The notes under the pieces: model-generated | Databases searched by the model: none | Seen by the model: only the letters and a program-made list of their open reading frames with translations | Told to the model about the DNA's origin: nothing | Assembly (NCBI GenBank): GCA_964372835.1 | Contig: CAYJTJ010000003.1 | Coordinates: 1-38,187, forward strand | Direction: 5' to 3' | Length of the DNA stretch: 38,187 nucleotides | Source: an uncultured Nitrospirota bacterium | Lineage (GTDB): Bacteria > Nitrospirota > Nitrospiria > JACQBZ01 | In this document: in pieces, positions 17,601 through 24,376 of the stretch | How the letters are laid out: each line of letters begins with the position of its first letter | How positions within the stretch are numbered: position 1 is the stretch's first letter | Position numbers and translations under genes: made by a program

Positions 17601-18606
17601 CGCGGATCGGTCCATACAGTTCCTTGGGATCCTGGCGGGTGAATCCGAACCAGGCCTTCGATTGGGATTGGGCCAGGATGTGATTGACCCTCCTGACCGG
17701 AGAGAAACCCACGATCGAGTTCTCTCCCCCGTGCGCGTCGTTCTTCACAACCTTCCAATCGGTCGCCGGGCCCGTAACGGCTTCAACCAATACTGGATCC
17801 GTGACGTGCATCCCGGTGGGCAGAATGGGACAGATCAGGACGTCCCCGTTCCCGTCCAGAAGCATGGCATGCCCCGTATCGCCGAAACGAATCTCGTGGA
17901 TCGGGGTCTTGAAATATTCCTTGACGTTATTGATGAGCGTGAGGACCCCCATGGGGCGACCCGTCGACGGGTCCAGGACGGGAACCCCGATGTCAAAGAG
18001 GAAGCTGGGGCTCCCTTCCGGCCGGTAGATATCGCTGATATAGGCCGAGCCCGCCCCGGCCGAAAAGCTCTTCTTCCATCCGGGGGAATCGCTCGAGTCA
18101 AACGGGGGAAAGGTGTTGACGCTGGACACGAGAAGACCGCGGCGATCCGTCAGGTAAAGGGCCACCTCGGCTCCGGGTTCCTCATCGAACTTTGAGAGGT
18201 TGGCGAGGTAGGGTCCGAGCAGGTGACCCAGCACGGGGTGACGGGTGGTTTTATTCTCCCGGGCCGCTTTCCAGTCCTGGGCCGATTGACGCATCCGCTC
18301 CTTGATCGCCGGGGCTGAAGAGTCCGCGTAGATGCGGTTTGCTTCCGATACGGCCTGGAGCGTTTCGGGGAGCGCCGCGAATCGCTGGAGGCCTTCGATC
18401 TCCTGTCCGATCAGGAGGTCCGTCTTGTTGGCCGCTTCCTGTGCCAGGCCCGCGAAATTGGCGCCGAGCGCGCGAAGCAGTTCCTCGGTCCCTTTTAAGT
18501 AGGTTAAAACAAGACCTAAAATCACGGGCAGGATCCCGACCATCAGGGTGGCCCAGATGAGCTTTTTACGGAGACCTCTTTTTCGTTCGTGATGGCTCAT
18601 GTTCAT
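14686..18606 (-). CDS. Hybrid sensor histidine kinase: TM-Cache-like-TM-HAMP-GAF-HisKA-HATPase-REC-REC-degenerate GGDEF
   Basis: H-box SHELRLPLTSI. N/G boxes LLSNAIKFT, DTGIGI and GTGLGLTIS. Two receivers (LDIMLPRRDGWE, LLDLLMPDVDGFE). The C-terminal domain opens with DGLTGFYNERYL, but the active site reads GGTTF (nt 14980..14994). Confidence 0.9.
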   Translation of the reverse strand: MNMSHHERKRGLRKKLIWATLMVGILPVILGLVLTYLKGTEELLRALGANFAGLAQEAANKTDLLIGQEIEGLQRFAALPETLQAVSEANRIYADSSAPAIKERMRQSAQDWKAARENKTTRHPVLGHLLGPYLANLSKFDEEPGAEVALYLTDRRGLLVSSVNTFPPFDSSDSPGWKKSFSAGAGSAYISDIYRPEGSPSFLFDIGVPVLDPSTGRPMGVLTLINNVKEYFKTPIHEIRFGDTGHAMLLDGNGDVLICPILPTGMHVTDPVLVEAVTGPATDWKVVKNDAHGGENSIVGFSPVRRVNHILAQSQSKAWFGFTRQDPKELYGPIRALLTYASAASVILLGLLVLLALAVSKRFVQPIHLLHEGTELIGKGNLSHRLQIRTHDEIEQLADEFNRMAANLQDSYTGLEQRVADRTKELTGVNIIAQTVNQSLDIQEILDASLNKILEVMGIEAGGIHLWDDTAQKLYLKSYRGIPDGVVQAASELGAGDHIAGKVAELGEPLRVEGPGLKEYAQAPLVRAGFQSIVSIPINSKNRLVATLTIASMIPRQFNPSDLQLLSSIGNQMGTAIDNATLYEREKMMVERLKEIDRFKSEFLSNVSHELRLPLTSIIGFSELLLDRIPGDLTPDQEDYIRNMQESGHHLLEIINNLLNLTKLRAGKMEVHYQRFELPVLIETVKRTVTPLVVKKGLHLESRIETGSPLIYTDEGKIKQILLNLLSNAIKFTPVGGRISIGARQTRLDGDPAVEIGVSDTGIGIRPQDKARIFEEFQQVDSTFTRDYSGTGLGLTISRQFMGLIGGRIEVESEPNRGSTFTITFPIQAGRVREQPVAVEPRVEPSLGTGRPMSVEPESIPIQTAAGLQGAASSLPRILVVEDDPTVARLLTLYLAQEGYHVDQAVDGEEAITKARRLQPFAITLDIMLPRRDGWEVLQKLKQLPETKDIPVIIISIIENRELGFSLGATDYFSKPIDRKALLESLKKLSLSTKIARKPVTILVIDDDEKILQLISAILTNEGYGILKSQRAQDGIDLAIEVQPDLILLDLLMPDVDGFEALERLKVHPTARNIPVIIFTARTLTEDDQNRLNTKIRGVIPKGRPLRESLLAEIRKFEKLYPDKARMVDGLTGFYNERYLNNRLADEVNRALRVRKNFSLIMTNLDGFQAFNKQYGVEAGNEVIRQAADLFRNHTRAANPICRCGGTTFAILLTETPKASAVLVGEKLREAIQKHAFGVEAPSRQNEDRHAMTISVGVATFFDDAETPEQLIVQATRALDAARAEGGNRVVARPETPRKAPPSEGA

Positions 18607-18609
18607 TAA

Positions 18610-18639
18610 CCGGGATTGAAATCCGGCCCGTTTTATTTT
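18610..18639 (+). terminator. Hairpin plus T-tract oriented for the + strand, lying between two - strand genes
   Basis: CCGG(G)AT-TGAA-ATCCGG is followed by CCCG TTTTATTTT. On the - strand the run is an upstream A-tract, so it would not act as an intrinsic terminator for lolA. Confidence 0.3.
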
Positions 18640-18654
18640 CCCCGTAACCCGATG

Positions 18655-19353
18655 CTAGGGAGCGGTCGGCGGGGTTTCCACCACGGCCACGCCCCGGGGA
18701 GGAATAAATATGAAAAAGGGATCTTTAAGGCCGGTATTGTTACGGATGTTCAAAAACTGGAACCGAGAATGATTTCCATTGACCTGGTAGAGCATCAGGC
18801 GTGTGATGAAAAACTTTTTGGGGTCGACCTCGATCTGGAGATGGGTCAGGCCGGTTTTCGGATCCTTCGGCGTTAGCCGCAACGGGCCGCGCCCGCCCGC
18901 CGCCACAGGGTCCGGGTCCGCCCACTCCACGGTGAAATCCTGGTCCAGTCGACCCATCCCCATGAGAAGGCGCAAGGGGAGCTGCGAATCGGTAAAACCG
19001 GCCATAGGGGATACGACCACCTGCTTTTGTTCGGGTGTGTAGATCCAGATTTTTTGATCATTCACCATGATCTGCTGGTGGTAAGGCTCTTCATAGTCCC
19101 AGCGCAGTTTTCCCGGCTTCTTGATATACAGCCTTCCCCGGGAGGCGATCGGCGAATCGAATCCGTCGATTTCGGTGATCTGCCGAAACTCCGCTTCCCA
19201 GTCGGTCGTGGCCTCGTAGGCGGCCTGGATCCTCTGGATGAACTCGGGAAGCGTGAGCGTCGAGGGGGCGGCCCGGCCTTCCGGCGCGGGACCCGTCGCC
19301 AAGGTCAATGCGAGCCAGAAAAGTAATCGCGTCCTGGTTTCCCGTCGGATCAT
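18655..19353 (-). CDS. lolA: Outer-membrane lipoprotein carrier protein LolA
   Basis: Signal peptide plus RGRLYIKKPGKLRWDYEEPYHQQIMVNDQKIWIYTPEQKQV, typical of the LolA fold family. It sits just downstream of ftsK, as in the E. coli gene order. ATGA overlap with the ftsK stop. Confidence 0.8.
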   Translation of the reverse strand: MIRRETRTRLLFWLALTLATGPAPEGRAAPSTLTLPEFIQRIQAAYEATTDWEAEFRQITEIDGFDSPIASRGRLYIKKPGKLRWDYEEPYHQQIMVNDQKIWIYTPEQKQVVVSPMAGFTDSQLPLRLLMGMGRLDQDFTVEWADPDPVAAGGRGPLRLTPKDPKTGLTHLQIEVDPKKFFITRLMLYQVNGNHSRFQFLNIRNNTGLKDPFFIFIPPRGVAVVETPPTAP

Positions 19354-21584
19354 TGCAACTCGCTGGGCGGGGGCGCCAGGACCTGGCGAGGCTTTCCCCC
19401 GGTCGCCGGCCCGACGATGCCGTCCTCTTCCATGATCTCGATCATCCGAGCCGCCCGGGGGTATCCCACGCGAAGGCGGCGCTGGATGAGGGAGGCCGAT
19501 GCGGCCCCGGAGGTGACCACCAGATCGACGGCCTTATCATAAAGCTCATCGCGCCCCACGGATTCGAACGGATCGGTCCCGATTGCCTCTCCCTTCGATT
19601 CCGCGGCGAAATCAATATACCGGGGCCGGCCTTGCGCCTTGACGTGCTCGACGACGGAGCGGATCTCGTTCTCGGATACATACCCCCCGTGTATCCGTGT
19701 GATTCGGCCGGTGCCCGGCGCGAGAAAGAGCATGTCCCCCCGGCCGAGAAGCTGCTCGGCCCCGTTGGCATCCAGGATGGTCCGGGAATCCGTTTTGGAG
19801 GAGACCTGGAACGATATCCGGGCCGGAAAGTTGGCCTTGATCAGACCGGTCAGTACATCCACCGAGGGCCTCTGGGTGGCCACGACCAGATGAATGCCGG
19901 CCGCACGGGCCATCTGGGCCAGGCGGGTGATCGAGTCCTCGATCTCGCGGGCGGCCACCAGCATGAGGTCCGCGAGTTCATCGACGATCACCACGAGATA
20001 GGGGAGGGGTCCTCCGGGTTTTTCGCCGGCCAGTTCCCCGCCGGCCTCTTCCGGGGCCGGGGCGGCGGCCCGGCCGGCCTGTTCGGTCATTTTCTTATTG
20101 TAGCTCTCGATATTGCGCGCGCCGGCCTCGGCCAGGAGGCGGTACCGCTGCTGCATTTCGGTCACCAACCGCTGGAATACCTTAGGCGTATCCTTGGCCC
20201 GGACAAGGACCGGCATCATGAGATGCGGGATCCCGTCATAGGCCGAGAGTTCCAGCAGCTTGGGGTCGATCATGATCATCTTCACTTCCTGGGGTGTGGC
20301 CGAGTGGAGCAGGCTTAAGATCATGGCGTTGAGCGCGACGCTCTTCCCCGAACCGGTGGCCCCTGCGACGAGGAGATGGGGCATGCCGGCCAGATCCGCC
20401 ACGACCGGAGCTCCGAAAATGTCCTTTCCAAGCGCCAGGGCGAGTTTGGATCCGGTGGTCGAGAAGGCCTCGGCCGTGAGGATCTCTCTCAGATAGACAT
20501 CCTCCCGGTGGTTGTTGGGGATCTCGATTCCCACGACGGATTTCCCGGGCAGGGGGGCCACGATCCGCACGCTCATCGCGCGCATCGCCAGCGCCAGGTC
20601 GTCCGACAGGTTGACGATCTTATTCACCTTCACGCCGGCGGCCGGCTCAAACTCGTACATCGTGACAACCGGCCCGGGATGGACCTGGGTCACCCGTCCT
20701 TCGATTCCGTAATCCATAAGCTTCTTTTCGAGGATCTGGGAGTTGGCCATGAGCTCATCCTTGGAGACCTTGGGCTGGGAGGCCGGGCGGTCCGCAAGGA
20801 GCGTGATCGACGGCAGCTCGTAGGCCCCCTTCTCTTTCATGAAAGGAAGGGGCTCCTGCTTCGGGGGGGTCTTGGGAGGGATCGACGGATCGACGATCTT
20901 GGGCCGTTGGGCCGGAAGCCTCCGACGGATTTTTCGCTCGGTCTCCCATCGCCGCGACCGTTCCTGATAGATCGTGACGGCGGTTCGCGTCGATTGAATG
21001 AGACCGACCGTTCCCTCTCTTATGCCGAGGGACGCTCTTTTAACGAGCACGATGAGGGCGCGAAAAGAAAAGGAAGTCACGAAAAGGATCGAGAGGAGAA
21101 AAGCGGCCCCGACGAGAATCGAGGCACCGGTGGATCCGAAGTACTCGGAGAGCCATCCTCCAAAAAGTCTTCCCGCCAGGCCCCCGGCTCGTCCGGAAAG
21201 AATCGGTCCGCCCGAGATGGAGGGAAGACTGGTGATGAGCAGGTCGGCAAGGGTCGAAAAGGAGAGAAGGAGCAAACCGTACCCGGTCCACCGGAGTCGG
21301 TTGGGATGACCCGCCCCGAAGAGCAGAAGGCGCCAGCCGATCACGCACAGTCCCAGGGATGAGAGGTAAGCCCCGCCGCCGAAAAGCTGGAAAATCGCAT
21401 CGGACAAGTAGGCCCCGAATTTCCCTCCCAAATTGTGGACCGTGGGGTGGGACGAGACGGTATTTAAAGAGGGGTCCCGCGGGTCGTAGGAGATCACGCT
21501 GATCAAGAGCAGCAGGCCGAGGGTTAACAGGCCGATGCCCCAGATCTCTTGCCGGCGGTTATCTTGGCGGGGGGCGTGGGCCAT
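19350..21584 (-). CDS. ftsK: DNA translocase FtsK
   Basis: N-terminal TM helices and a Pro-rich linker. Motor domain has Walker A GATGSGKS and Walker B LVVIVDELADLM. The gamma domain reads LIQRRLRVGYPRAARMIEIMEEDGIVG. Confidence 0.92.
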   Translation of the reverse strand: MAHAPRQDNRRQEIWGIGLLTLGLLLLISVISYDPRDPSLNTVSSHPTVHNLGGKFGAYLSDAIFQLFGGGAYLSSLGLCVIGWRLLLFGAGHPNRLRWTGYGLLLLSFSTLADLLITSLPSISGGPILSGRAGGLAGRLFGGWLSEYFGSTGASILVGAAFLLSILFVTSFSFRALIVLVKRASLGIREGTVGLIQSTRTAVTIYQERSRRWETERKIRRRLPAQRPKIVDPSIPPKTPPKQEPLPFMKEKGAYELPSITLLADRPASQPKVSKDELMANSQILEKKLMDYGIEGRVTQVHPGPVVTMYEFEPAAGVKVNKIVNLSDDLALAMRAMSVRIVAPLPGKSVVGIEIPNNHREDVYLREILTAEAFSTTGSKLALALGKDIFGAPVVADLAGMPHLLVAGATGSGKSVALNAMILSLLHSATPQEVKMIMIDPKLLELSAYDGIPHLMMPVLVRAKDTPKVFQRLVTEMQQRYRLLAEAGARNIESYNKKMTEQAGRAAAPAPEEAGGELAGEKPGGPLPYLVVIVDELADLMLVAAREIEDSITRLAQMARAAGIHLVVATQRPSVDVLTGLIKANFPARISFQVSSKTDSRTILDANGAEQLLGRGDMLFLAPGTGRITRIHGGYVSENEIRSVVEHVKAQGRPRYIDFAAESKGEAIGTDPFESVGRDELYDKAVDLVVTSGAASASLIQRRLRVGYPRAARMIEIMEEDGIVGPATGGKPRQVLAPPPSELQ

Positions 21585-21600
21585 TTGGATCTAAAATTTA

Positions 21601-22431
21601 TCATATTTTTCGGGTTATATCAAACAGTTTGTCGGCGAGAAGGGCCCACTCCTCGATCGTGAGGGTCTGGGGTCTGGGGCCCGGCGGCGCACACCGGCCG
21701 TTCGGCCCGATCGTCCGGAGGCCCTCTTCAACCGCGGACACCGGGAACCCGGCATGTTTCAGCGCGTTGCGGAGCGATTTCCTGCGGTGCGCGAACGCCC
21801 CGCGGACGACGCGGAAGAAGAAGGGTTCATCCCGGACCGGGACCCGCGGCTTTCCGATTTCATTCAGGCTGATCACGGCCGAGTCCACGGAGGGCGGGGG
21901 CGAGAAGCAGCCGCGAGGGACGATGAACTCCAGTCGAGCGCGGGTTGCGTACTGGATCCCGATCGAGAGCGGGCCGTAGTCCCTTCCCCCCACGGGGGCC
22001 GTGATACGACGGGCCACCTCGAGCTGGACCATGAGGACCATCCGATCGATTCCTCCTCGGAGCTTAAGAAGTCGGAACAAGAGCGGCGTCGAAATCGCGT
22101 AGGGGAGGTTGGCCACGACAACAAAGGGCGCGGGGAGGGATTCGAACGCGAACGTTAGCGCATCCGCCCGGATCAGTTCCACCCTATTCCCCCACGAACG
22201 GCTTCCCTCCCTCTCGATGTCCGTCTTCAGCCCGTCGACCAGCCGGGCATCCAGTTCGACGGCGAAGAGCCGCTGGGCCACGCGGCTGAGCGGACGGGTC
22301 AGAACACCCCGGCCGGGGCCGATCTCGACGACCGTTTCGTCCGGCGCGATCTGGGCGACGGCGAGGATTTTTCGAACGATATTAGGGTCGTGAAGAAAAT
22401 GCTGCCCGAGAGCTTGTCGTCGGGTTCTCAT
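21601..22431 (-). CDS. rsmA: 16S rRNA (adenine1518/1519-N6)-dimethyltransferase
   Basis: LGQHFLHDPNIVRKI, VVEIGPGRGVLT and VVANLPYAISTPLL are KsgA/RsmA motifs. Confidence 0.9.
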   Translation of the reverse strand: MRTRRQALGQHFLHDPNIVRKILAVAQIAPDETVVEIGPGRGVLTRPLSRVAQRLFAVELDARLVDGLKTDIEREGSRSWGNRVELIRADALTFAFESLPAPFVVVANLPYAISTPLLFRLLKLRGGIDRMVLMVQLEVARRITAPVGGRDYGPLSIGIQYATRARLEFIVPRGCFSPPPSVDSAVISLNEIGKPRVPVRDEPFFFRVVRGAFAHRRKSLRNALKHAGFPVSAVEEGLRTIGPNGRCAPPGPRPQTLTIEEWALLADKLFDITRKI

Positions 22432-23480
22432 CGTCCCGATGGCCCGGCCAGTCGGGCCGCCAGTGCGATCGCCTCGATCAGGCTTCCGGGATCCGCGGCC
22501 CCTTTCCCGGCGATGTCGAAGGCGGTTCCGTGGTCCACCGAGGTCCGGATAAAGGGCAGACCCACCGTCATGTTGACGGCGCGGCCGAACCCGAGGAGTT
22601 TGATCGGAATCAGCGCTTGGTCGTGATACATCGCCACGACGATGTCGAATTCCCCTTCGGTGGCCCGGCGAATCAGACTGTCGGCCGGAAGGGGGCCGGC
22701 CACTTGGAGGCCCTGGCGCCGCGCCTGTTGGACGGCCGGCCGAATCACCCTATCCTCTTCCCGGCCGAACAGTCCTCCCTCGCCGGCGTGGGGATTTAAG
22801 GCCGCGACCCCCAGGCGAGGGCGTCGGAGATCGAAATAACGCACGGCCGCCTCACGAGCCAGGCGAATGGCCGTTCCCACGCGCGCCCGGGTCAGGGCCT
22901 TCGGGAGTCGGTGAATGGCCAAATGGGTTGTGGCGAGGAGAATGCGGAGGTGCGTCGGAGGTTTTGAGGTTCGAGGCTTGAGGCAGGGATGGAAGGTCCG
23001 AGGGACCGGGGCGATCATCAGCATCCCGACATCCGCCACCCCGGCCAGCCGGGCCAGAAGCTCGGTATGGCCTGGAAGAGGATACCGGGCCGCCCGGAGG
23101 GCCGCCTTACTGATCGGTGCGGTTACGATCGCACAGACCCGTCGGTCCATCGCCAGTTGGGCCGCCACCCTCACCGCCTCTACGGCGGCTCGGCCCCCGG
23201 TCTGCTCCGGCCTTCCCCATCGCCATCGGGAGAGATCCACATTTTTGAGATCCAGGAGGGCGATTTCCCCCGGGGAACCGGTCGCCTCCTCCACGGAATA
23301 GACCGTGCGCCACCTCGCGGGCAGGCCGAGTTGGTCGGCCGTCTTACGAAAAAGACCGGCGTCGCCGATCACCACCACCCGGCCGATCCTCCTCGCCGAT
23401 GGACGGAGGAGGGCCTTTAAGATGACCTCGGGCCCGATCCCGGCCGGGTCGCCCATCGTAATCGCGATCGGCGGCCTCAT
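22428..23480 (-). CDS. pdxA: 4-hydroxythreonine-4-phosphate dehydrogenase
   Basis: ITMGDPAGIGPE, GHTELL, LNPHAGEGG, AMYHDQALIPIK and GLPFIRTSVDHGTAFDIAGKG. The pdxA-rsmA order matches E. coli. Confidence 0.9.
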   Translation of the reverse strand: MRPPIAITMGDPAGIGPEVILKALLRPSARRIGRVVVIGDAGLFRKTADQLGLPARWRTVYSVEEATGSPGEIALLDLKNVDLSRWRWGRPEQTGGRAAVEAVRVAAQLAMDRRVCAIVTAPISKAALRAARYPLPGHTELLARLAGVADVGMLMIAPVPRTFHPCLKPRTSKPPTHLRILLATTHLAIHRLPKALTRARVGTAIRLAREAAVRYFDLRRPRLGVAALNPHAGEGGLFGREEDRVIRPAVQQARRQGLQVAGPLPADSLIRRATEGEFDIVVAMYHDQALIPIKLLGFGRAVNMTVGLPFIRTSVDHGTAFDIAGKGAADPGSLIEAIALAARLAGPSGR

Positions 23481-24367
23481 GAACGGGGAGAGGGGACGGA
23501 GATCTGGGTTTGGGGGGCCGGCTCCACGTGGATCACCATGTCCACCACCCCCTCCACCTCCTCCTTGATCCGATTCTCAATCTCGTGCACCAGCTCGTGG
23601 GACTCGTGCGTCGTCATCCCGGCCGGGACATGGATATGAAAATCGACGAAGACGTGGTTCTCGAGCCCGCGGGTCCGGATGCTGTGACAGGATTTTACGC
23701 CCGGAAAGTTCATGACTAGCTCGCGCACCCGTTCCGGGTCGACGCAGGAAGCGTCGCTCAGGACCCGGGAGGTTTCGAAGAGGATTTTGAAACCGGTCCG
23801 GCCGATGAATCCGGCGATCAGTATGGCCACGACGGGATCCAGGATGGAAAGCCCGGCCCGGATCATCATCATCCCGACGAGAACCGAGGCCGAGGAATAG
23901 ACGTCGCTCAGTGTGTGCATCGAGTCCGCGTGAAGGATGCCGCTCTTGAGCTCGCGCGCCCGGCGGTGCTCGTAGCGCGTCACGAAGAGATTAATCGCGA
24001 TCGTCGCCAGCATGATCCCAAAGCTCCAAAGCGTGACCCGGGGCGATTGGGGGGTGAGCCATCGGTCGTAGCTGCTCTCGAGGATTTTGAAGCAGGCGAT
24101 AAAAAGGAAGACGGAGATCGCGAAGGCCGCGAAGCTTTCAAACTTCCGGTGGCCGTACGGATGGGTGGCGTCCGGGGGGTGGGCCGCCGCCCAGATCCCG
24201 ATGAGTCCCACGATGTTGGAGGTGCCGTCGAACAACGAGTGAAGTCCGTCGGCCCACATGCTGAGGGTTCCGGTCGATTCCCCGTAAACCAGCTTGGCCG
24301 CGGCGACCCCCAGATTGAGGAGGAGGACCCGCCAGAGGACCCTCTTTATCTCACGGTCGCGGTTCAT
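23477..24367 (-). CDS. Cation diffusion facilitator family metal efflux transporter
   Basis: Six predicted TM segments. ADGLHSLFD and HTLSDVYSS are the HxxxD/DxxxD-type metal-site contexts. A C-terminal cytoplasmic domain is present. Confidence 0.88.
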   Translation of the reverse strand: MNRDREIKRVLWRVLLLNLGVAAAKLVYGESTGTLSMWADGLHSLFDGTSNIVGLIGIWAAAHPPDATHPYGHRKFESFAAFAISVFLFIACFKILESSYDRWLTPQSPRVTLWSFGIMLATIAINLFVTRYEHRRARELKSGILHADSMHTLSDVYSSASVLVGMMMIRAGLSILDPVVAILIAGFIGRTGFKILFETSRVLSDASCVDPERVRELVMNFPGVKSCHSIRTRGLENHVFVDFHIHVPAGMTTHESHELVHEIENRIKEEVEGVVDMVIHVEPAPQTQISVPSPRS

Positions 24368-24376
24368 CGCCTCCGA

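Noticed and set aside
19308-21362. Long plus-strand ORFs (336 aa and 328 aa) antisense to ftsK. Similar shadow ORFs occur at 23915..25114, 27367..28410, 29342..30418, 6832..7692, 7965..8759, 1757..2599 and 14659..15333.
   Set aside because: Each lies opposite a confidently identified gene. Their translations are Arg/Gly/Pro-rich and low in complexity, with no recognisable motif. Long antisense ORFs are expected in GC-rich DNA because stop codons are rare.
24368-24376. NiCo/czcD-type riboswitch expected upstream of the CDF transporter
   Set aside because: The gap to the upstream kinase gene is 9 nt. I could not match the long leader further upstream (26957..27212) to that motif by eye.
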